Source: Oopsacas minuta (taxonomy: Eukaryota > Animalia > Porifera). From it: 64,000 bases of DNA. Shown in pieces: positions 22,885 through 34,700 of the stretch (positions are counted from its first letter, which is position 1; the number at the start of each line of letters is the position of its first letter). The DNA lies in contig JAKMXF010000309.1 in assembly GCA_024704765.1 (NCBI GenBank), positions 124,001-188,000 on the forward strand, given 5' to 3'. The notes below the pieces were generated by a model, which was not told the origin of the DNA, did no database searches, and saw nothing but the letters and a program-made list of their open reading frames with translations. The position numbers and the translations under genes were made by a program.

Positions 22885-23709
22885 CTAGTTTAATTTAAAA
22901 CTCAAAAAGATAGCACCTTCCTTTCCCTCTCCCAACTTCCCATCTAATGGAAACCATTCTTCAACTAATTCACCATCAAATACTCTTGCAGGAATCTCTA
23001 TATGAGCTTGGGCAATTCGTAGATCAGAAGCAAATGATCTTCGATCAAATATTTCTAAGTCTAATCCTGTTGAATTATTCAGTAGTGCGACGTGGAATAA
23101 TCCATCCCATTTCGGGTCTTTCCCATCGTTCACAGCACAGACAGTTTCATAATCTGTATTACTAATATTTAGCTTACAGTAAGGGTCCATTATGAACCTA
23201 CTGTAGCTCTTATTGAGGCGAGCATGAGATACGGTAAGAGTTAGACGGCCTACATAAGTCTGAGACGGCAGTGATGAAATAGGACTTAGTGTGGATTTGA
23301 TCATTTCTGTTTCTGATATTTCCCCAAACTCTGTGATGAATTTTTGGAGTTCTTCTAGTCTGGGGTAATTAAAGTATGGGTGTGGGAGTTTGGTAGGTGT
23401 TTTCAATTCTTGTAAACGCTTGCTATAAACATCAGTAGCATCTTTGTGTACAGATATGTTAGCGTTTACTTTCAAGCTTAACTGATGCATATGCTGTTGA
23501 GCATTTTCTATCTCTCCAATGGCAGTTATTCGAATCATCTCTTTATCGGCATAATCAGATTTGAGGTTGGAAAGATATTTTAAGAGATTATCCCTCCTCG
23601 CGATTAGCTCTGCGATCAGAGGGTTAAAAACGTTCCTGATTTCAGTTGCCACAGAATCGAATTGTGCAATTTCTTTATTCGTGAAATTCTTCGGTAAATT
23701 AGTAGCCAT
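22885..23709 (-). CDS. Coiled-coil + Tollip-derived C2 protein, copy B (274 aa)
   Basis: YVGRLTLTVSHARLNKSY..MDPYCKL..PKWD..EIFD..EEWFPLDGKLGEGKEG aligns closely with the TOLLIP C2 next door. Confidence 0.85.
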   Translation of the reverse strand: MATNLPKNFTNKEIAQFDSVATEIRNVFNPLIAELIARRDNLLKYLSNLKSDYADKEMIRITAIGEIENAQQHMHQLSLKVNANISVHKDATDVYSKRLQELKTPTKLPHPYFNYPRLEELQKFITEFGEISETEMIKSTLSPISSLPSQTYVGRLTLTVSHARLNKSYSRFIMDPYCKLNISNTDYETVCAVNDGKDPKWDGLFHVALLNNSTGLDLEIFDRRSFASDLRIAQAHIEIPARVFDGELVEEWFPLDGKLGEGKEGAIFLSFKLN

Positions 23710-23904
23710 GTTAGTTTGTATAAAATAGTCTTAATTTCAACCAATCTCTATTTATACCTGTGTAACCTGAGCATACCAAAGTACCTGAATGGTTGCTATC
23801 GTGATACTGGGACTCTATTAAGTGGTTATATTCTTGGTTCTAACTATTCATAGGATTAGTGAATTACACAGCTGTATCCAAGTAAGCTGCTTATTTATGA
23901 AAAG

Positions 23905-23983
23905 CAAGGTTGAAACCGCTCAAACCGAATATCAATATTCATGAATAGTAGCCTAACTGAATACTGATATTCGGTTGGTAACC
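23905..23983 (+). mobile_element. Copy of short hAT-like MITE family
   Basis: caaggttgaaaccgctcaaaccgaatatcaatattcatgaatag...cggttggtaacc matches 51748-51836. Confidence 0.65.
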
Positions 23984-24391
23984 AAACATTGAACTATTTT
24001 GCCAAATAATTTTCGATTGCAAGTTTAATAAAAAGCTAATTTAAAGAAAATTACTAAGAAATATATTACGGATTATGATCGACCGCGAACCAAGTAACCT
24101 TCCTGTTTTACGAAATTAATTGATTACCATATTTCCCTGAATAACCGCGCGCATATATTTATTTCGTGGAGGTGAATACCCTGGCACATATTCAAGCTCC
24201 GGCGAGTATTTAGTAGCATAGCTATGGTCCATGTGGTCCAATATACTTAGCTTAACCTCAACATAACAATCTAATCACAAACAAATATACAAATAACCAA
24301 TAAAATACGAATAGGAGAGGAAGAACACATAAACAATAAATATATACTGTTTTATGAGAATCCAAGCACAAATAAACAACTAAATTAACAA

Positions 24392-25279
24392 TCAAGAAGT
24401 TGACATAGACAACAATGCATTGATAGTATTATCAGTATTATTGTCTTGACTAGCCAACACACTTACGATAATCTCTTCCTCCAAATCAGGGAACATATCT
24501 TTCAGCTGCTTGAATCCCTCCGTAGAAGGTTGGGAGTGTAGTGCAGTACGTTGACTATGCTGGTTCACAGCCATATTAGGCGGATCGTAGGTTATACGAG
24601 GCTCTGGGGGCTGTTGAGGGGGTGAACCGAAATTCGCTCGTTCGAATTTGAAACCTAAAAGCATTGTACCTTCCTTCCCATCGCCTAAGTTCCCATTCAA
24701 TGGAAACCAATCTTCAACTGCCTGACCTTCAAATATAGCAGCAGGTAGTTCAATATGAGCCCATGCTATTCTCTCGTCAACTGAGAATGCTTTCTCATCA
24801 AAAATCTCTATATAGAAGCTTGTTATGCCATTGGGTAATGTAACGTATATACATTTATTCCATTTTGGGTGTTTCGCACCATTAAGTGAGGTAGGAGTCT
24901 CGTATACACCATGACCTATAGTCAGTCTACAATAAGGGTCCATACGTGTTAAACCATAGTTCTTATTCAGACGTGCTTGTGCTAGAGTTATAGCTAGCCG
25001 TCCTACGTATTGTTGGTAGCCTGCGTAAGGATTTTGAGGCTGAGTCGTTGTTGTAGCATAATGTACAGGCTGAAGGTTACCGGGAGTTTGGGTTGGCAGC
25101 TGTAGACGTAGAAACCCATCTGGTACATCTAGCATTGCTTTCTTCTTTAACTGTTCTCTCCAGTCTGGTTCTAGCTGTTGTTTCCTTACTGGAGATGAGT
25201 GGATGAAGTCTGTGAGACGAGTAGTCTCTGTAGTATCTGTTTCTGATGAGTTATCAGTATCGAGCACTATACTAGCCAT
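24392..25279 (-). CDS. TOLLIP: Toll-interacting protein (TBD-C2-CUE), intronless, ~295 aa
   Basis: Tom1-binding-like 'VPDGFLRL'; C2 'GRLAITLAQARLNKNYGLTRMDPY'; CUE 'LKDMFPDLEEEIIVSVL...NALLSM'. The ATG at 25279 is preferred over the upstream non-ATG start. Confidence 0.93.
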   Translation of the reverse strand: MASIVLDTDNSSETDTTETTRLTDFIHSSPVRKQQLEPDWREQLKKKAMLDVPDGFLRLQLPTQTPGNLQPVHYATTTTQPQNPYAGYQQYVGRLAITLAQARLNKNYGLTRMDPYCRLTIGHGVYETPTSLNGAKHPKWNKCIYVTLPNGITSFYIEIFDEKAFSVDERIAWAHIELPAAIFEGQAVEDWFPLNGNLGDGKEGTMLLGFKFERANFGSPPQQPPEPRITYDPPNMAVNQHSQRTALHSQPSTEGFKQLKDMFPDLEEEIIVSVLASQDNNTDNTINALLSMSTS

Positions 25280-26293
25280 ATATTCACTACCGTAGAATCT
25301 CGTTAATACGAATTCCGGATAATATGCACAGAGCTGTGGATTTGATTTTATATGAGAAATGATTTGATGAAATCCACAACTCAGCGAACAAATATTCACA
25401 CAAAATCAAGTCCCTACAATAGTTTTCAAGTCATAGGAACCGGAACTGCTACCCAAACTTTGCGATTATGGCAGGTGAGACCCCAAAGTAAATAGCTAAG
25501 CGCTGCGAGGTTGTAGGAACATGGGAATTTGAGGTAGGATCATGATCCTAATCCTAGAGAATATACGTAAAATAATATCTGCATGACTAAATTGTAAAAT
25601 ACAAAAATGTGTGTCTGATTCAGAGTGTAATATGCCTGGAGAATTCATTAAAGAACAGCAGACGTAGGTGAATAGAAAAGTAATTTGTTGGTACTATGGA
25701 TTAAGAAGGGCTTTCTTAATTCTCGGAACGGGACTGACAAATTTTTTTGATGAAGTATCAAATTACATTTGGACATGAAAATCACAGAATATTAAATCAT
25801 GACGGTTGTAAAGCAAATGTTTCCAATTTTGTAGAGAAATCTGTAAAATATCTAATAATACCTCTTGGACAACTTTTCATCATTCAAAACCGCGAATATA
25901 TTATTGTCCACCAATCGTTTGGATTGGATAACTACCTCCTTCTAGCCAAGAAATTGAGATCGAAAATATCGAAGGAATGTTTCTAGGCGAAATTACTTTA
26001 ATATTATACAAATGCATGCAAATACGACAAATTGATTTCCATAGAAGTGAAATCTCATTTCAAATATAATATTCTGTAATTTTTATAAGAACATTCATAC
26101 AAGAAAAGTACAAAATTGAAATTCCACAATAAATTTGTCTGTTCCGTTCCGTGAATTAGGGAAGCTCGATTAGGAACTACTATGAGTTGTTGGCGAGTAG
26201 AGTAAAGTAGGGGAAAATTTCATTATCGGTACAACATGACAAGCATTTAAAAGAAAAAAGTGGACAATTCAAAAGAGTAAACATTGAATTGTT

Positions 26294-26960
26294 TTAGATT
26301 ATCTGTAGAGAACTCTGTTCAGAACAACTCACAACAATAATTCTATCTCTATCATCTACTGCGACTCCTGCTGGTTCAGAATCATAGTTATATATTTGGT
26401 GGATACAATCAAATTCAGAATTTAGAATATGAATTATATTAGAAGTGTCATCTGAGATTAGAATATTATTAGAGCGAATTGAAAGAAGAACCAGGGATAT
26501 ATCACTTGCTGTCCTTCTCCTCTATAAATGATATTCTTCTGTAGGACTAGATCTTTATTGAAAATGTGTAGACAAGAATATGATCCATCCAAGATAAAAA
26601 TGTTGTCTCTAGTGGGTAGGATATCAACAGGTTCTGTGAGAATATCTTTACCATACTGAGACTTGTAATGAAGGTTTTCTGAGAGTATTTGAATGCGATT
26701 GTTAGATACATCACAAATGTAAACATCTCCATTTGATTTATCAATCGTAATACCCCAAGGATCCTTAAACTCTAACTCTCCGTCTCCAGGTACACCAACT
26801 CTGGAAATAAACTTTCCATCTAGCTGATAGTTCAGGATACAGTGGTTTTGAGAAATGAAAACTCTATTCCTACAAATAGCTAAACACATCGGGTAGTATA
26901 TTTGATCATTACCATTACTATCTCCGAATTTGAATAAATACTTTAGTAGTACTAATATTA
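26294..26960 (-). pseudogene. NHL-repeat pseudogene, 5'-truncated
   Basis: Close relative of the 55-57 kb NHL pair (MCLAICRNR..PWGITID.SNGDVYICD), with frameshifts in the 3' part. Confidence 0.8.
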
Positions 26961-27150
26961 GATCTGATTAATGTTCAAGATTCAAATTTTGAATATTTCT
27001 TATTATTTTGTAAGTATTCTAAATGTGTTTAAGAGCATGCAGATATAAGCTATTTGATACTAAATATGCACTCAATAATATATAATTTCTATTGAACATA
27101 TATTCACTGTGTAATAAATCTGGGAATTACAAGCAGATCTGCCAGAAAGA

Positions 27151-28446
27151 ATGCCAAGGAAAAATTCACTTTTCCTATATATTTCTGTTTGCATTCTATA
27201 TATAACAGCTATGGTACTATTTATAGGCAATACTGGTACTTATGAAGATGTAACAGAAATTGTGTTTGGAAACACAACCACTAGAAACTTAGCTAAAACA
27301 GAGGTAGAATCAGAATTCAAATCTTTCTTACAATGTGAGAAATCTACTGGAGAGAATATACAAAATTTCTATCTCATCAAATCATACAAAGCAGCGAGTA
27401 GCACGCTCTCTAATGTGTTATATCGTTATGGTTTGAAGCATGGTTTGTCTTTTGTAGAACCATATTCGTTAAAAACGAACCAAATATTTCCATTTTCACA
27501 TTTGGACACTGTTTCGAAGTACCCATTGATACCTTCGTGTGGTAAAACATACAATCTGAGTACAATTCATAGTAGATATGAAGGGAAGGAGTTACTTGAA
27601 AAAACTATGCCAAAAGGCACGAGGATATTTGCTAGTGTTCGTAATCCGATCAGTCAACTACAATCGTCTTACAATTATCTGCGATTCGGAGATACACTTA
27701 AGAAGAATGGAATTACTTTCGATCATTTCATTGAAAGCCCTTTGGAATATTCTAGAAAATATTTAGATTTCCCAAACGAAATGAAGGTTCAGAATAGGCC
27801 GTTGAATTTAGTTTTCTGGAATCAGCAATCTCAGGTTTTCGGTCTCTATGATTATAAAATACCTGCTGGAGTTGGCCGTAAACAAATTCTAGAAAATGTG
27901 ATTTACCAACAAGAAATCGATAAATTCTTAGAAAGAGTAGATAGAGAAGTTGAATTCGTATTTATAGCAGAACACTTTATTGAGTCAATGGCGATTTTCA
28001 GGAAAATGTTCCAACTAGATTATAGTGACGTAGCTCATTTCCAAATAAACTCAGCAGTAAAGAATAATAGCAAAGATGAATTAACCGAACAACAACAAGA
28101 TCTTATAATAGAATGGAGTTATATTGATTGGCTTTTGTACCAGAGAATGCTTGATAAATTTGGATCCATCAAGTCAAGTCTGAAATATGACTTAAGTCAC
28201 GAGGTTGATATTTTAGAAAGATTGAATTCAAGAATTTCACAATTATGTTTAACCTCAAGACAGTATAAAACATTGAAATCAGCATTTTGTCAAGTAAGAA
28301 AATTAGAATTAAGTGAAGAAGGAGAAAATAATGTTTGTTGTCAGAGGATAGCAGAGGGAGAAGGAATATTCAACAAATCACTCAAGGATATTATGAAAAA
28401 AAGATTTGATAATTGTACTCTACATATACCCTATACAGGTATATAA
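27151..28446 (+). CDS. Galactose-3-O-sulfotransferase family (GAL3ST-like), type II membrane protein
   Basis: N-terminal TM; 5'-PSB-like 'IKSYKAASSTLSNVLYRYG'; 3'-PB-like 'SVRNPISQLQSSYNY'; 'FIAEHFIESM'. Confidence 0.85.
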   Translation: MPRKNSLFLYISVCILYITAMVLFIGNTGTYEDVTEIVFGNTTTRNLAKTEVESEFKSFLQCEKSTGENIQNFYLIKSYKAASSTLSNVLYRYGLKHGLSFVEPYSLKTNQIFPFSHLDTVSKYPLIPSCGKTYNLSTIHSRYEGKELLEKTMPKGTRIFASVRNPISQLQSSYNYLRFGDTLKKNGITFDHFIESPLEYSRKYLDFPNEMKVQNRPLNLVFWNQQSQVFGLYDYKIPAGVGRKQILENVIYQQEIDKFLERVDREVEFVFIAEHFIESMAIFRKMFQLDYSDVAHFQINSAVKNNSKDELTEQQQDLIIEWSYIDWLLYQRMLDKFGSIKSSLKYDLSHEVDILERLNSRISQLCLTSRQYKTLKSAFCQVRKLELSEEGENNVCCQRIAEGEGIFNKSLKDIMKKRFDNCTLHIPYTGI

Positions 28447-29329
28447 ATTCTTATAATTTGTTATATTAAATATAAATGAGGCCAATCTTGATGTATAAAA
28501 TTCCACAAATTCAAAATTTCAATATTTGCAAGAATACAGTATTACTTTCGGTAAATCGCCATTTCCCCTATAATTTGATATACTTACTGTATGCTAGGAT
28601 AAAGACCCATTATCGCCCAGAGGAATACGGTGATTATTAGCAAGCTCTGATTTTCCCTAAAGCCAATCAAATTGGAAGGCATTACGCATACAATGGATCT
28701 CCAAAATCCGGAAGACCTCTCTATAATGTAGATACAAACCATTACGTAACTTGTACATTCCATTCAACCAATATTAGTATAATAATATCGCCATACACAT
28801 AATGGCAAACACTGATATATGATACTGGTAGAGGTAAAAATTGGTCAAATATTTCAAGGAGAGTTTATGAGATATCGCTTTGAAATTTGTAATTGTTCCT
28901 AGACATATCACATTCCACATACTTCCCTTTCATTAGTTTGTAGCTCTTAGTCTCTTACCAATATCTACTGCCATCGTTAACACGAAAACGTTTAATTAAT
29001 ACGAATTTCCGGATGAGGGTCATAGGACGAACAATATTTACTTAAAATCAGGTCCCTACTATTGAAATACTCCGGTTAATACGAACTCTAGATAAGGGTA
29101 ACAAATATTGACCGTCAGTTGATGTTCGTATTAACGAGATTCCACTATAGAGATTAAAATATCAATCTTAATGACATTCCTTGAATAAGAACTTGAGCTA
29201 GATATTCTCAATAATAATTGAAACTATCATCACTAGAGACTATACATAACTTGCGTGGCAAATAAATATACATCTATTACCATAAATAACCTAAGTAAAT
29301 ATGATACAAACAGAATACGAGTATAGAAT

Positions 29330-30523
29330 TTATTTCATTTTCTGCTGTGTTTGAAGCAAAAAGTCAATATATACAATTTCATGTCGAATTCGACAAATTT
29401 CGTCAACTCCTTGAATCGCGAACATCGTCATGAATAAACATATTAAAATCTTTATCAGAAGTGCAGTAAGGTAAAATAGGAATTTTGTTAAAACAGAAGA
29501 AGTATCAAAGAAGATAGAGAGAAGAACAAAAATAGCAATTGAAGAAAGGAAGATCACGGCTAATACACACAATGTTAAGAACATGAAATGAGCTGTTGGG
29601 AAATTTGCGATTTTGGAACGTTTTTTCACACTTTTTTGTAAAATATTCTTTGCTGCTATTAATGCATCAGAGCCTGAATTTGACAAAAACCGCGAGTTTT
29701 GTACATCAGGTGTACCGAGTTGGAGTTGGACTCCGAGACCAGAATGATCTGAATACCAAACAGTTTTGTCATTCGTTTCTTGAAAAACAAATTTCTTTTC
29801 TATAGCTTCGCAATTATTCCCATTCGGTATCATGACGTAATCAATTCGAAGCGGTGGAGACTTAACAATTCTAAATGGGTTATTCGCGACATTGAAAGTG
29901 AAGGCATTTTTCTCGTCTTTCCATATATCATTTAATCCACCAAACTTTGTGATAATTTCATACTCAATCGAATCTGGGGTGAAGTTTAAATCGCCGAGTA
30001 GTATTACATGGCCTTTCTTAGTACGTTGAATAAACTTGACAAGTTCAATTACTTGTATAATTCGATGTTCAACATAGAAACTAAGAAAATAATCAGCAAC
30101 CAAATGCGTATTATACACACTGAGCATACCAACTGAACTTTCGATATAACAAACGCCTACTCCTTTCCCTCCGTACCAATCGCCATGGTCAACACGGAAT
30201 GGTGAACCACACAACGAAAACCGAAAAAAATCGACACCAACTATGGGGTATTTAGAATACGTCACAAGACCACTGCCAACTACACCTGACCGGAAATAGT
30301 GAAAATATCCGAAGTTTTTCGAAAAATTTTCCGGATTCAAAATAGTTTGTTTGAATAAACCAGGTATCCAAACTTCCTGTAGAGCTAATACGTCATGATC
30401 ACATGTGGAAATCGCTTCTGTAATGAAATTTGTTCGTTGGATTACTTTGCTAGAACCGTGCATTAGTCCAGGCAATAACCAAGTATTCAGTGTTGCGAAT
30501 TTTAAGCAATTTTTTCCTTCCAT
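29330..30523 (-). CDS. SMPD2: Neutral sphingomyelinase / ISC1-like phospholipase C (EEP fold)
   Basis: TLNTW, LQEVW, GSGL..SKYPI, KGVG, NTHL, GDLN, RIDY and SDH motifs, plus two C-terminal TM helices. Confidence 0.85.
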   Translation of the reverse strand: MEGKNCLKFATLNTWLLPGLMHGSSKVIQRTNFITEAISTCDHDVLALQEVWIPGLFKQTILNPENFSKNFGYFHYFRSGVVGSGLVTYSKYPIVGVDFFRFSLCGSPFRVDHGDWYGGKGVGVCYIESSVGMLSVYNTHLVADYFLSFYVEHRIIQVIELVKFIQRTKKGHVILLGDLNFTPDSIEYEIITKFGGLNDIWKDEKNAFTFNVANNPFRIVKSPPLRIDYVMIPNGNNCEAIEKKFVFQETNDKTVWYSDHSGLGVQLQLGTPDVQNSRFLSNSGSDALIAAKNILQKSVKKRSKIANFPTAHFMFLTLCVLAVIFLSSIAIFVLLSIFFDTSSVLTKFLFYLTALLIKILICLFMTMFAIQGVDEICRIRHEIVYIDFLLQTQQKMK

Positions 30524-31762
30524 TGTGCGAATTGACAGGATTGTGTATGGGAATTCAGCTATGAAATTTAAAACATGCATATATATACGTGTATAGAATT
30601 AAGAAACTATTTGATTATGTGAATAATGAAAATTGGATTCAGAATCCAGAATCTGGATTTTAGAATATAATAGATGAAAGGGAATTTCTATGTGATTATA
30701 TGAAACTAATGTGATTTCATAAGCATAAACTGAATGTAAAAGTATTCGCTTCATATTGTTTCGGTTGATGAATGCATCAACAAAATAAGATCTTTCCAAT
30801 CATGCCTTGTCCTTGTTAAAACTGATAGTTTATTCTATCTTCATTTCATTTTCATTCCAAGTATATACCGAAAGTTCGTAAGAAAGTTCATGGTTCCTGT
30901 CATAAGTCAAAAGTTTCTGTCAAAGCCAAAATCTAAGAACTTTGTTCTTGATCTGACAACACTGGGTAACGAATTATGAAGCTAGGTAACGTCCATGTCC
31001 GTACGTCCGCGCGCGAAAGTGAAATTACATACATAGCTCAAAGTTACTCTTTATTGCATATCAGGAAAGTTTTGAAATTCTCACTAAAGGACAAAATAAG
31101 TCGAACAGATTTTCAATTGTTTACACCATCATATAGACAAAATCATTATTTTATATGGAAAGTTCTGATAAACAATATATCCACTGACTTGACGACAAAA
31201 AACCCGATTCAACTGTATAAGTGGATTGCACAATCTGTGATCAAAGAATTATCCATAAATTTGTAAAAAATTTGGAACGGGGGGATGAGAAACAAGTATC
31301 TTACTTTACATGTTCTTAGCAATTTGTAAATTACGGATTCTCCCTTGCTAATAGAAACGCTAATCGGGAACACCTCCATACAGACTAGATGTACAGTAGA
31401 GTTCATTTATTAGCAACTCATATTTTGAACGAATTTCCGTTGCTAATAAGGGAACGTGAACATAATCAATACAAAATCTACGCTTAGAACCTGAGAATAG
31501 GCTGCTAATATGTAGTATCGTGATCTACTTTCGATAATATCACATCACGATCTAATTTATGGTTCATAATTGTATCTCATATCACACACATAAATCGAAT
31601 AATATATATATATTCAATGAAGAACTATAGCAAGTATATACATCTACGCTCATATATACATACATACATCCCTAAATACCTGCTGGAGTAATTATGCAAA
31701 TACTCATAAAGTACACAAAAATAACGACCAAAAATAAACAAACATTCATATCTTTACGGGAC

Positions 31763-34700
31763 TCAATAAACATCCTTCTCTTCTTCAGAAATTAGTTTCT
31801 TGGTCAATTTGATCAGCATTGATTCAATATTCTCTTCTCTACTTTCTACTTTTCGGAGTAAGCGTTTCATTTGAAACAAATTCTTTTCCATTGTCAGTGT
31901 CCGATTCGACAGAACGTCAATCCTATCTTTCTTTAAACCAAGTGCTTCTACGATATCTTGTATAAGTTCACTGCGTTGACCGCCAAAAACATACGAAATC
32001 CTCTCAAAAATCGATTTTTTATTGGGAAACAATGTTTTCCTTTTAATCAAATTCTTTTTACGTTGAGAATAAGTCGAGAATGGGAAAGTTTCCTCGAAAT
32101 TCAACACCAATTCGACGTGGAGCGCTAATCGTTTCAAGACAGCAGTTTCTTGTACGCCTTTAATATCATCAACAGCCAATCCCACAAGCAAATTCGCGAG
32201 TATAATCGGAATTAATATCACGAATATGAGCCATAGAACAGAACTAGAGATTGGATGATCCAAAGTATTAGATATGTCGTTGAACAAACCATCGAATTCA
32301 AATTCACCTGCCATCATGACAACGGTTTTAAGGAATGTACTAAATGGGTTACGATACTGGTTACAGAGATCACCTTGTCTGAATACCATGTAGAATGATA
32401 CTGAGAAACCAATAATGAAAATGAGACCTAGAAGCATAATACGGAAAAATGTTACTATCACATGTAGTAACATGAGAATATATATACCTAATAGTGGTAA
32501 TTTCCGCAGAAAGACAGCCAAATTAAACCAAGCCAACAGAACAACAAATGCACCTAATTCCCAGATGTAGGAACGTTGATAGCCGCATGCTCCGGACTCC
32601 TGTCTATTCGAGAAAACATCAGATACGAAAACAATCGCTCCAATGTATATGAACCATTCAATATAGTTGTCTAAACTAGTAAAGTAATTTTTGATATCAC
32701 CGATAATCTGTCCAGATTCGAAAAGCAACCGAAAAATCGCGAATAATATGATTAACGCTGCGAAAATAATGGAGGTAATAACTCTACCGGTATCGCAACC
32801 ATCACAACCATACGTATCACCATACCATCTTCCAGGTCCAGGACTTGATATACAAACCTGTGGCGAGCGAGTTCTATTCATTTCAATATCGCATGAAGGC
32901 ACTATATACGTGAATAGAGTTAGCAATAGTACGAATATAACGTATATTAATAGATTCCCGTAGTACAAGTATCTAGCGTGTGTTTTCCACTTCTGACGTA
33001 TCATGGTACGTATCAGCGGGTGTTTCAATAGGTCCAAACGAGCGTGGTCAACCATAATAGACAATGGATGGAATTCTTTCTTCAAACGGCCTTTTTCGTA
33101 GAGGTTCGAAAGCAGTGGTTGTTTTATATTATTTTCTTCCTCATATTTCACGATGAACTCTTGAAAAGGAATCACATCATCCAATATTTCAAAGTTGAAA
33201 TCTACTTTGACCTTTACATCATCAGTATGACCAATTTCCTTAATGTTATCTCTCATGTATAGAGATAATACCTTATGAGCTTGTAAGGGCATTTTAGTGA
33301 TTAGTTTCCTCAATGGAGTAGTCGGTTTCTCATTCGTTCCGGTGTAATTATTCAATGCTTTACGTATATCATGATGTTGTATTAAAATCTCAACTACCTC
33401 TTCGTTACCAGCGTCTATAGCTAGATCTAATGCATTATTACCTATCTCAGCTCCATCTTCATGCTTACAAATATCAGCACCGTGCTTTAATAGTGATGTT
33501 ACTGTTAATGTATGACCAGCTTGGCAAGCCAAAAGTAATGGAGTAGATACTTTGTTTTTCTCGTCTCCGTCTATCGGTGCTTCTTCTTGAATGAGATATT
33601 CAGCGACTTGGACATGACCTGAGGCAGCAGCGAGATGCAACGGAGTGTATTTGTTCGAATTTATTGTAGTAATACTCGCCTGGTATTCAATCAATATTTC
33701 AACTACATCAAATTGACCCTCTTGACATGCCAAATGCAATGCATGGTTGCTATACTCGTCTTCATCCCATAGAAGATCTGGAGTTTTCTCTCCTGCATAT
33801 TCTAATAGTCTACGTACTATTGCAGCATTTCCATGTAAAGCAGCTACATGCAATGGAGTTTGTTCTTCATCATTTTGCGAAAAAATTTCGCAATTGTCAG
33901 TTTTTAGCAGTAAATTAAGAATATCAACATCTCCCTGTTTGGCTACAGCATGGAGCGGAGTCATGTCTTCATTTGTTTTTTCGTTTACAAGTTGCTTACC
34001 GAATTGATTGTTTAGTATTTCAGCTACTACGAGATCCTCATCCTTTTCAATGGCATGAAATAGCGCAGTTTTACCGTATCTGTCTGCTATATCAATTTTA
34101 CAGTTTGCATGTTTCAGGAATTCTTTCACTGCAAGTACATTGCCGAAAGAAGCGGCGACCATAAATGGAGTATTTGAATCAAGATTCTGAGCGTTTGGAT
34201 CAGAACCACGTCTTAACAAAAACTTAATCATATTCTCACGGTTGTATCGGGCTGCGTAATGCAACGGTGTGTTCTGCGAACGATCAATCGAACTCAAATC
34301 CTGTCGCTTAGTCGATAGAAGAATTTCCGCGATATTCACGCGACCTAATTGTGCCGCGAGGTGAATACACTGTGCGCCATCATTATCCTCTTCATCCAGT
34401 CTAAATCCAAGTCTTAAGCATTGGTTTACACAGCTCTTATTACCTCCCAATACTGCTGTATGTAATACAGTGTGACCATCTGAATCTTTATTATTCCGTA
34501 AACAATCGATTTGTTCGCTCGTACCTGTGACCAACTTTTTACAGAGTATTTGAAATATGTCTTCCGAAGCAGCAACAGTGGCTAAATGGAATGGTGTGCT
34601 ACCTTCGAAATCTTCCAAAAGAATGTTGGTTTTCTCGACAAGTAATTTCACGATAGTTGTGTAACCACGTTCGCACGCGAAATGCAACGCAGTAGAATTT

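Noticed and set aside
25280-25399. 40-aa N-terminal extension of TOLLIP
   Set aside because: Non-ATG start with no Tollip-like features; the ATG at 25279 fits.
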